Source of the DNA: Macrostomum lignano
Lineage: Eukaryota
Length of the DNA: 64,000 bases
Reading direction: 5' to 3'
NCBI GenBank assembly: GCA_002269645.1
Contig: NIVC01001090.1
Coordinates: 1 to 64,000, forward strand
Below the pieces are notes generated by a model. It was not told the origin of the DNA. It was given only the letters and a program-made list of their open reading frames with translations, and searched no databases. The position numbers and the translations under genes were made by a program. Below, piece after piece: positions 48,478 through 58,376 of this stretch; position 1 is the first letter of the stretch, and each line of letters starts with the position of its first letter.

Positions 48478-49730
48478 TATTTATAGCCGAGCGGACCCCC
48501 AAAAGTCACGTGAGTTTCATGCGGTGAGCGCGTGAAACTTCCTTATTTGGGCATTGGAATCATGCGGGCGACGCGTGATCCAAGGCCAACTTCCAAATAA
48601 GGCAACCCTGTCACGCAGCAGTGGCGTGACTCAAGGTCAGTGGCCACGCACAGAGTGCGTGCACAGTCACGTGCTTAGTCTGTGCTAAAAATAGAATCGT
48701 GGGCGGATGAGTCATCCTGTTTACTCCCTCTAGGCAGCCCTTACACTCCGCGCAGGTGATGAGTCATCCTGCAACGCCTCCTCAGCGCGAGTGGGAAGAC
48801 ATTGAGTGTGGCTGCCCGCGCCCGCTCAGGCGATGAGTAATTGGGCAGTAAACACATAGGCCCAGCACAGGGTAACTCTCTCACTAGATCAGGTGGACTG
48901 AGCTACTGTGCAGCGGATCACAGCACTCTTAGGGAAAGCTAGTGAATGCTGCTGAATAACCAGATAGCAGCCAGTCACTACACCATCTTAAAACTATTCG
49001 CAGTCTCGTCCACCCGGAATCTGGCCACACTCTCAATGGACACGGAGCCGTCGGACCACAAGTGGCGGCAGTAGCCAGCACCGTCCAAAGTAGTGCAGCG
49101 GCGGTCGGATGGCAGTCCCCACGCCGTCGCGGGTACCCCCGTCCCGTGTCGTCCGAGTAGATTAACTCCCTCCGCCCGGCACACCGTCCTGATTTCATCA
49201 ATCCGCTCGATTTTATGTCAGTGTGGACTCAATGTGGGGCGGGGGCCGCGGCTCGAGGATGAAGGGGAAAAGTCCAGCTGCGCCCCTCCCCGCCCTCATG
49301 CGCCCAAGAAACCGAAGCCTGCAGCTACGACCAGTTGGGCGACCGGCTGGACTTTCACTTAGCGAGATAGTAATACAATAGAGCACCTGGCCCCACGTGG
49401 GGCGGCCTGCGGACTCTCAACTTAAGGAGACAGTATTACAATAGAGCAGAGCTCGCGTGCGTTGGCCGGAAAGCACCATTATTTTCGCCAAACAAACTTA
49501 TTTAATCAGCCTGCCGAACGGATTTGTTTGTCCATGGGGCGCGGGCGTGGGCCGGAAAGCACCATTATTTTCGCCAGGAACTGCCCAACTTATTTAACAA
49601 GCCTGCGGAACGGATTTGTTTGTCAATGGGCAGCTGTTCCTTCGTTATTCAAGCCCACCCCCCGAAACTGCCACGTGGCACAAAAAGCCAGATGGCGCCC
49701 CTCCCCACCAAATCCTGCTCTATAAAAGAA
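48478..49730. promoter_or_regulatory. Putative divergent promoter region: TATAAATA (minus, 48478-48485), TATAAAAG (plus, 49721-49728), AP-1 motifs, CACGTG boxes, ~86-bp tandem duplication at 49464-49630
   Basis: TGACTCA 48627, TGAGTCA 48708 and 48760; motif matches only. Confidence 0.5.
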
Positions 49731-49821
49731 AGTAGAAAATTCGCTCAAACTGCCAACGAGCCAAGGACAACAGGAAGCAACCCAAGCGTACGGAGACTAA
49801 ACCAACCGCCGCTGGAGAACC

Positions 49822-50995
49822 ATGACCGCCTATCCCGCCGAAACAGTCCTGACGCTGCGCCAACTCACTGACGGAGCAAGACTACACATTGGCGACGAGT
49901 CAACAAACGGCGAGTGCTTCTTCCGATCTGTGACGTGGACTCGGCCGGGGGAGAAGAAACGCTACCCGATCATACTGCAGACGGAGACCCCGCTGGAGCT
50001 GCTGAAAGGGATCAACGAGCGAGGAAACCACCACGCCGAACAATTGACCGCGTATCAGGCCGACCATCGCGAGGAAATCGGACTGAATTTTCTCGGCGAA
50101 GATTTCTGCAAGCCACTGTTCAATCTACTGAGGTGAGTTACCCCCCCCCCCCCCGACAACTTTTCAGGATTCACTAGCCCCTTGGTGTCAGTTAAAATCA
50201 ACACATAAACTCCAATTTAATTCCAGAACTGTGGAACGAACAATCGCACAGGAGCTCGAGGAGAAGCCGGACTCTAAAGCGCTGCTGCGCGTGACGCGAC
50301 AATCCTCACGCGGTATAACGGGTGGGGCCTCCGCGGACTACGCGCCAATGCACTGGATTCCAATCAAGCCAAACTTCAGCTGTCTCGGCTTTCGCACAGA
50401 CCAGGCCACCCACCCGGACGGTCGAGAGGCAGCCCTGAGCGAATTCAAAGGACTGACGGGACGCTACCACCTTTCAATTCAAGTCACGTCGCTATTCTGT
50501 CCACGGACCGGAACCGGCTGGAGGCTCTCTTTCGCTCTACGCTCTATTGTGCTGATGGAGAGCAACCCAAGCCGGCTGGCCGTCTTCGCGGGAGTCCGAC
50601 AACAGCTAGTCAAGAAGAGGGAGCCAGATACAGACGAAAAACCAGAAGCCGGCTCTACAATGGAGAGGAAGCCGCCCAAGCGGCACCAGTCCAGTTCTGA
50701 AGAGGAAGCCGAACCTAGCACAAAGAAGAAGCCACCGACCAAGAAGCCGGCGACCCCTCGCCGTCCTAATGCGCCCAAGAAACCGAAGCCGCCTGCAGCT
50801 ACGCAGAGCAACGACCGGCTGGCCCCAACTGCTGAAGGTTTGCCCTCGGCCAAGGCACTGGTGAGCCCTACCGGGTCAACTATCTCAACGTCAACTGGCG
50901 GAACTCGGGTGGCCTTTAAAGACCTGGCTTACCAACGTCACCTGGCGGCGGCCGCGGAGCAGTCCACGTCCAGCGACTCTGAAGCTGACTGCTGA
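49822..50995 (+). CDS. Putative OB-fold ssDNA-binding protein (T7 gp2.5/large-DNA-virus SSB-like), join(49822..50132,50227..50995), 359 aa
   Basis: GT-AG intron joins the two ORFs in frame; GRYHLSIQVTSLFC...WRLSFALRSIVL resembles the C-terminal strands of viral SSBs; charged Lys/Pro tail. The gene is well supported, the family call is tentative. Confidence 0.6.
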
Positions 50996-51134
50996 ATCCA
51001 AATCCTAAATCTGATATTCAAATTTTTAAACAACGCTTGTCGATAAGAAATACATTGGCCACCCAGGTTCCGCCAGGAAAATTTCTATATTGTGGGTGAC
51101 ATCTCTATTGAGCCTTTGTTTTTTCTTCTTTCAG

Positions 51135-51690
51135 CGCTTGGTGCTAGTCATTTTTGGTGCCGCACTGAAAATCTCTCCTGGAGAAAAGCTTTGCATGCAC
51201 GAGACTGAGATAGCTTTAGCTCGAAAGTCATATTCGTGCAAGGTTTTTAAAGCGAGACCTACAATGTGCAAATTTAAATTTGCGGATTTAACCATTCAGC
51301 TTTATCCCAACGGGAAGCTGACAATTTTTTGCCGCAATATGAATGTGGACGTGGGATCGATTTTACAGTTTGTTAACGAAATTACTATTTACAAACTGGA
51401 TTTCGATTCTGTCCACGTTCAAACTTCTACAATGGTTGGTCAAGTTCAGTTTCCCGCAAGAAACAGCTTCCACTATTTAAAAAGCTGTGTCGGAAACTAT
51501 GAGGACTTTAGGGCAACCTATGATGCAGAACTTTTTCCACAGGCAATCAGTTTAAGACAGTCAAAAACTCCCAGACTTTTTTGCAACGTCTTTCATACTG
51601 GAAAGATTGTCGCAATGGGAGCAAAAAATGAGACCGAAGTAAACCTCTTAACTCGGTCCGTTAATGCATTGCTTGCTATGCTACTGATAG
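51135..51690 (+). CDS. Divergent TATA-box-binding protein (TBP-like); frame stays open to 52064 as sequenced
   Basis: Second repeat YDAELFPQAISLRQSKTPRLFCNVFHTGKIVAMGAK vs TBP [34 protein letters not shown]; first repeat LTIQLYPNGKL; acceptor at 51133-51134, first ATG 51195. Confidence 0.85.
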
Positions 51691-51717
51691 CAGTACTATT
51701 GGCAAAAAAATCCAGCC

Positions 51718-52389
51718 ATGGCCCGGATCTACATTCTGGAGGGGAACCTGGCGGCAGGCAAAACAACGCTGCTAAGAAACCTGGCCCTGAACTCGCGGTT
51801 GGAGAAATGGGAACCACAGATTCTCTGGGCCAAGGAGCCGGTTCAGGCCTTCACCTCACACCCGAAACTGCCGGCAGAAACGAACCCGCTGGAGGAATTC
51901 CACCGAGGATCTCTATCGGCACTCGGTTTTCAAGTCGATGCGAGCCATTGTCTGCTTCAGCGGAACAAGAACATGAGAGAGCTTCTGCTCTCACCGGAGC
52001 CGGATCAACCAGAGTACGACATTCTGGTGATGGAAAGGCTCATGGCGTCGGCTCACGCATTTAACTCGGTTCTAACAGAGGCGGGGCGGCTAACAACGCT
52101 GGAGAAGGCAATCTGCTGCGCACAGGTGGAGACATTGCAGGCGATCAAACCAAGCGAGGCCACCCTGATCTACCTCGACATTGAGCCAAGCCTGGCACTA
52201 GAGCGGATCCGGCAACGCGGCCGAAAAGGAGAATCCGAAGTGACGCTCGACTATCTGAACCGGCTGCACGAAGCAATGGTGTCCTATTTCTGTCTCTATC
52301 GGGCGGTCCACCGAGTGACGGTCGGACCATCTACAACACCAAGCGACGTGGCTCGGCTGGTTGGGCGCATTGTGCGAGGACTAAACTAA
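51718..52389 (+). CDS. Deoxynucleoside kinase (dNK family), 223 aa
   Basis: P-loop LEGNLAAGKTT, EPV, MER motif, lid IYLDIEPSLALERIRQRGRKGE...DYLNRLHE. Confidence 0.92.
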   Translation: MARIYILEGNLAAGKTTLLRNLALNSRLEKWEPQILWAKEPVQAFTSHPKLPAETNPLEEFHRGSLSALGFQVDASHCLLQRNKNMRELLLSPEPDQPEYDILVMERLMASAHAFNSVLTEAGRLTTLEKAICCAQVETLQAIKPSEATLIYLDIEPSLALERIRQRGRKGESEVTLDYLNRLHEAMVSYFCLYRAVHRVTVGPSTTPSDVARLVGRIVRGLN

Positions 52390-53382
52390 CTAATCCAAAT
52401 CCGAATGAAATATATCTAAAACACAGCTTTTGCTGTAAAAATCTTTCCGATCGAGGAAAGAGCCTGAGATCTATACAGTCTCGTGAATTATTTCTACGTC
52501 TTTTGACGTAGACGAGAGACCAAAACAATTACAGTCAGCTAAAGTTAATCATGTAGCTCTCTATTATTAGACATGCCCTCGCGTTTGGTTTCGCGAGTGT
52601 TTTCGCCGATTGCTATTGGAAACAACGTCCCCCTGCTGATTGCAAAAAGCATTCTTCAACACAATTAATTCTATTGGCTGTTGTTGATGCTGCTATTTAC
52701 TTGCCTGCTAGCAGACGGTTTGGTTTTGTCTCTATGTCGCCAATAATTTGAGGCCGTGCCCACCCCGGTGTCTGGTGTAAACTGACGACTGGGTTTTTTC
52801 GACCATTGGCAAGTAGCTCCTTGAGGCTGCATAATGTGGATTTTTCTTTCCACAGCTGGGTGTCTAGGCCGACTCTGGGTCATAGCACCATTCAGGTCCA
52901 CCTGGCCCAGTGCCTTAAATGCAGCCAGACCAGTAAAGGAGCGCTAGGTACTGACCCAATATTCGAGGTCTGCATTCAGACCCAATATTTCGAGAACTGC
53001 GCTTGCATCCATTGGTTGAATTACGGTGTGCATAGGGACGCTCACTAGGAGATGCACCATCACCACCACCACCACCACCTATTTCTGGCTGGCTGGTTGG
53101 CTGCGTCTCCTTGCGTGTTGGCACTCCAGAAATATTTTGGTTGGGTGCGGTGCGGATAAAATAATGAGGGATAAAAAAAAGTCAGCTTAAGTTAATCGTG
53201 TCATCACCCTCTAAAATTATTGAAGACACGCCCTCGTGTTTGGGGTCACGAGTACTGCTACTACTATTTGTAGTAACGTCCCCCTGCTGACAAAAAAAAT
53301 TATTTTTTTAAAGTCTATTTTTATTACTACGCTACTGCCTACACCGTTGGCTAATAAATAAAAATCATTTTCCTAATTCCAG

Positions 53383-53927
53383 CTATTGATACAGTGTGTT
53401 GTGTGCAAGCGCGTGTTTCGTTCTCGCGCCGAGTTGCACATTCACACACATCAATTCTGTTTCGTTCCTGAACAACTACTGGATGGGCCGATTCGGGAAC
53501 TGACTGCCGACAATCCTCCTGATGGGTGGAATGTTGAATTGCGCGAGTCAGCTCACCGAGGACTGGTCAACTATTTGGTGTTTATACCCGACCAGCAGGA
53601 GGGCGGTGATGCGGAGCGTCTGTTGTCACCCGGCAGCTTGTTGGCCCAATTGCGCGACTCGATTTACCGCCTATTCACACAGCTGGGTTCACCCTCGTTA
53701 CTACTGCGAACTTGTATGCACCTAAAAGTGAGAATGGCTAGACCGAGAACCACTACTGCCACCACCGCTGAGGAAGAAGTGATATTGCATACTTCAACAC
53801 CAACGTTGCAACAATTCGCTTTGACAACCACAACAACAACAGCGAGCCACAGCAAACGTGGCTCTTATCGCGCGATGCCTACAATGATTGGTTTGAATTG
53901 GTTTTAAACGAACTGGTGAGCAAGGTG
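53383..53927 (+). pseudogene. C2H2 finger plus N-terminal region of a third pPolB, frameshifted near 53820 and cut at 53927
   Basis: CVVCKRVFRSRAELHIH; ESAHRGLVNY; after a 1-nt shift AYNDWFELVLNELVSKV, the segment that normally precedes ERGSGW. Confidence 0.6.
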
Positions 53928-54027
53928 AGTAGTAGTATGTTGTAAGGGGCTGCGCCACACTTGATTGCTCGGGCGCATTGCGCGCCAGCTCGCTGGATGA
54001 CTCAGCCCCTTACAACATACTACTACT
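53928..54027. mobile_element. 100-bp unit with perfect 25-bp inverted ends AGTAGTAGTATGTTGTAAGGGGCTG ... CAGCCCCTTACAACATACTACTACT (Polinton-type terminus)
   Basis: Exact reverse complements at 53928-53952 and 54003-54027; flanks AAGGTG and ACCAGG do not match. Confidence 0.75.
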
Positions 54028-54549
54028 ACCAGGGGGTCATTGATTCAAGTGGGGTGTGATAAACAAAATATATATATAAATATACATATATCTGTGAGTG
54101 AGGGTGTTGAGGGTGAGGGCATGTGGGGGCATTGGCATGTGGAATATTTCTCAGAACACAGAATTTCCGAAATTTTTATACTTTTAAAAAGGGGGGGGTG
54201 CCCTCGCCCTCATGCCCTCACTCATTTTGAAAATCACTAAAAATAACTGAAAAATGACTAAAAACAGGCGAAAATGGTCTGAAAACAGCGATTTTTTGTG
54301 ATTTTCAAAAATTTTGAAAAAGTGCAATTTTCACGGTTCCAGCTCTGAAACCATGAGAAAAGTTGGATTTACGGGTCAATTTAATGCGATTTCAGGTATA
54401 TACAAAATGAAAGTGTCATCCAATTCAACGATAGTAAATTTTATATATATATAAAATGGCCTTCAGTAAACCATTATTTCTAGGAAACGCTTTAGATATT
54501 CAGTCAGCTATAGACATAATTGACAATTAGGCATAATCGCCATATAAAA

Positions 54550-55299
54550 ATGAATGATAAAAATGAACGCATCTATCCTGTGGTTGAGCTGCATGAAGCA
54601 GATTTGAGGGAGCGGGACTATTTCAATCAGAGAAAGGGTGAAATCAAAGGCAGTATTGAATGCATTACGAAAGATCTTACAATTTATAGCAAAAAGGTAA
54701 AAAAGTACAAACGACAAAGTAGCAGGATAAATTGGATCAACATTGTGACAGGAAATGTAAGTCTCTTGGCTGCTACAGGAATTGGCATAGCAACATCGAT
54801 ACTGACATTGAATCCCTTAGTCATTGGAGTAGTAATCGGGGCAATGAGTGGTTTTGAAGCTGTAAAATCCACGTCGTTGTTTGCAACTGTGAAAATGCAT
54901 TGCCAAAAGCAGAAGGCAAAATACATTTTTCTCAGAGATCTGGCAAATCAATACAGAGAGAGATTGTATACTTACTCCCAAAAAGCAGTTGATGATTATA
55001 GATTAACTCTTGAAGAGGTTCAAGCAGCTGCTGCAATTTATTCAGAATACAGAGAGAAAAGAGACCAATTGTTAGACGCCTGTGTTGCGCCTGAAGAAGT
55101 TAACCGTTCGGAAGTCGTTGATAAAATCCTCAAAGAGAGTAGACTTGGTCATTCAGCGAAGGAAAAAATTAAAAAGGAACTGCTGGAGAAAGATCTGAGA
55201 GAAAAATTGGGTCTAGCTGATAAGCCAAAAGAGTACTCGGCAACACTCAATCTTCAATCAAATGCTCCAAGTGCGCCCCCTATGCTTGAGTCTGTTTAA
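54550..55299 (+). CDS. Polinton-associated predicted membrane protein, 249 aa
   Basis: Basic KKYKR segment, two Gly-rich hydrophobic stretches, then K..DDYRLTLEE helix: the layout of the small TM ORFs common next to invertebrate Polinton polB. Confidence 0.65.
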   Translation: MNDKNERIYPVVELHEADLRERDYFNQRKGEIKGSIECITKDLTIYSKKVKKYKRQSSRINWINIVTGNVSLLAATGIGIATSILTLNPLVIGVVIGAMSGFEAVKSTSLFATVKMHCQKQKAKYIFLRDLANQYRERLYTYSQKAVDDYRLTLEEVQAAAAIYSEYREKRDQLLDACVAPEEVNRSEVVDKILKESRLGHSAKEKIKKELLEKDLREKLGLADKPKEYSATLNLQSNAPSAPPMLESV

Positions 55300-55314
55300 T
55301 TTTTTTTCTTAAAA

Positions 55315-58300
55315 ATGGAAAGGAAAATACCAGCGGCCTCTTATGAATATGATCTCGACTCCGTTGAAGAAATTCGCGGTTTAATCTCCCCAACTCTTTC
55401 CAAACATTTGATGGCCAGAGATTCAATAAAATACAGAATTTCCTTTGTTGCAGAATTTTATAAAGGAACTACCGAAAGTTGGATTGAGTTCCAATATCAT
55501 TCAAAGTATCGAACTTTGTTAAATCTGCTTAAAGTTGAAGATAGTATTGAAAGTACAATAAGGGATGTTCTGGATGAATTTGATGAATGGAAGGATAGTT
55601 TTAATGAAAGGGATCGAAATATTATTTTGTTAAGTTAGTAAAGATTATGTTGAAAGTTGTTGGCATTAATCAGTTGAAAGGAGGAACTTATATTTCAATT
55701 CCAATTAAATCAAACGCATTAGTAAATGTTAAGAACACTAAAGACAATAGGTGCTTTCTCTAGTCTATTTTAGCAAAGCTCCATCCTGTGAAGGAACATA
55801 GATATAGAGTTGGTAAGTATACACAGTATATAAATGAAATAAACTTAGGAGACGTTAAATTTCCAGTGGACATTCGAGATATCTCTGAGATTGAAAAGTT
55901 GAACAGCCTCCATATAAATGTGTTTGGATTGAGGGATATAAATACTAAAGAGTCAATATATTCTATTCGTCTGACAGAAGATTACGACAACCCCGATGTT
56001 ATTGATTTACTACTTGTTGAAAATCATTATTGCTTAATAACAGACTTGTGTTTATTCCTCACGTCCCAAAATTACAACAGGGTTTTACTTTGTCGAAAGT
56101 GTCTTCAAGTTAAATACTCCCAGGATGCACTGGATAATCATAAAGCAATCTGTACTGACTTCAAAGTGTCAATTGAAGTTTCAAAGATTGATAAGAGGAT
56201 ATTAAAGTTTAAAAACTACCACATGAGTGTAAGAAAACCATTTGTGTTTTATGCAATATTAGATTATGTAACGATGGATGATAAATCACTAGAGCTATCA
56301 CAATGGACACTTTTTACTAGTTCCGACTATGAGGACATTATAAAATCAAATATTATTTCAAATACTACAGTGGAATCATTCGTTGAAACCGTAATCAAAA
56401 AGTTTGAGCATATAAAAAATGAAATGGATAAATATAAACATCCAAGATTAAGTGATCTCGAAGAGACTGATTACAAAGCGGCAGAACAATATTTTCTCTG
56501 CTCAAGGCCATTTGTAAATAGTAAAAAAATTCGAGAGCATAATCACTACAATGGTAAATATCGCGGCGCAGCATGTCAATCATGTAATACCAAGGAGGCG
56601 AATCAAACAGTGCCATTCGTTCTCTTGAATGAATCTGGAAAAGATCTAAACTATTTGATAGTTCCATTAACACGAATAAAGAATACAGCGTATAAATTGG
56701 ATTTCATTTCTAAAACATCGGAAGACCATGTTGCAATTAAGTGGGGGAATTATACCAGTGGTGTTGTGTTTTTAGATGGATCTAGGTTTTTGGAACCACC
56801 ATTTACACTCTCTGAAGAAGAAATAAAATATTTGCCACCCAGTGATACAACAGCAGTAATTAGAAAGATTTACTCATTTGTCAATGCTTTTGAGAAGTTT
56901 CGATCAACATTTTTGAACTACTTCAAGATAGATCCTGCGTATTGCTTTTCCCTTTCTGGATTATCGTGGGCATGTGGGTTGAAATATACTAATGTGGAAT
57001 TGGAATTACTTGGTGATAAAGATATGATATCCATGGTAGAAAGTGGTATTCGCGGCGGTTTCTCCGGAGTTCTTGGAGATCGATATAAAAAAATGAACAA
57101 TAAGTATTTAGAAAATTATGACAGTAATTCTGAATCGTCATACATGTTATACTTGGACAAGAATAATTTATATGGTGAAGCAATGACGAAAAATCTTCCT
57201 GTGGGAGATTTTAAGTTTGAAAATGATTTAGAGTATCACAAGAATATTCCTAATGACAGGGGTTGTTTTCTTGAAGTTGACCTTGAATATACAGAAGAAT
57301 GTAAGAAAGCTACAAGTAAATATCCACTGGCTCCTGAGAAACGAACAACTAGATTTGAGGATTTATCTGACATACAGAAGCAATACCTCGAAGTCGAAAA
57401 GAAAAAGTTTGTTCAATCCAAGTTGATGTTGACATTTTACAACAAGGAGAAATATGTTTTACATCACAGACTACTTGAGTTTTATGAGAAGATGGGCATG
57501 CGAGTTACGAGAGTTTATAGAATTCTTTCATTCAAAGAGTCAAACTGGTTGAGTAAATACATCGAATTTAATACCAGGTAGAGAATGGAAGCAAAAACTA
57601 AATTTGAGAAAGATCTGTGGAAACTACTAAACAACTCATTCTACGGTAAAACAATCGAAAATGTAAAGAATAGGTCGAACTTTCATCTTGTAGCTGAAGA
57701 AAAAACTGCAAGGCGTTATTTTTCCAAACCAAATTTCAAAGATTTCATTATGTTTAGTGAGAATGCAGTTGGTATCCAAATGTACAAAAAGACAATTGCG
57801 TGTGACAAGCCAATTTATTTAGGAATGGCCATTCTGGATTATGCAAAAATGCTAATGTACGATTGCTATTAAAATGTTATTGAGAAGAATTGGAACAACT
57901 GTCAATTACACTATTCTGATTGTGATTCGTTGATATTCTCAGTGATTACTCAGGATGTTTATGAGGATCTTGAAAAAGTTAAAGAACACTTAGACACATC
58001 GGATTATCCAAGAGAGCATCCACTATACTCCGAAACGAACAAGAAAGTCATTGGAAAGTTGAAAGATGAAATTAATGGCTCAATAATTTCCGAAGCTGTA
58101 TTCCTGCGGTCAAAAGAGTATGCTTTCACTACAGTTTCAGGAGAGTGTGTTACGATCAAGGGAGTTGATAAAAGCAGTACAAATATAAAGTTTGAAACAT
58201 TTAAAAACATACTATAGACAGATTACAAAGATATTCAAAGAGGTAGAGTAAGTATGACTGTATCTGAAAAAAATAAAATATTTATTCGTGAGATTATGAA

Positions 58301-58376
58301 ACAAACAATGAGTCCGTTAGATGATAAAATATATTATTTGGATCCTATCAGATCTATTCCTCATCAGCCAATGTAA
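55315..58376 (+). pseudogene. polB: Protein-primed PolB (second clade): one frameshift (~55610) and four in-frame stops (55761, 57579, 57870, 58215)
   Basis: KGGTYI, DNRCFL, REHNHYNGKYRGAACQSCN, YLDKNNLYGEAM (PolA), KLLNNSFYGK (PolB), YSDCDS (PolC), IGKLKDE. Confidence 0.95.

Noticed and set aside
51090-52064. A genuine 324-aa TBP with a long C-terminal extension
   Set aside because: The part after ~51700 is the alternative frame of the dNK gene and looks like non-coding-frame translation. The true TBP stop is unresolved.
36298-53330. AGTAGTAATAGAAAAT (36298) and ATTTTTATTACTAC (~53317) as outer TIRs of the TBP/dNK element
   Set aside because: The match is short and imperfect in AT-rich DNA, no TSD was found, and the pPolB fragment lies outside the supposed right end.
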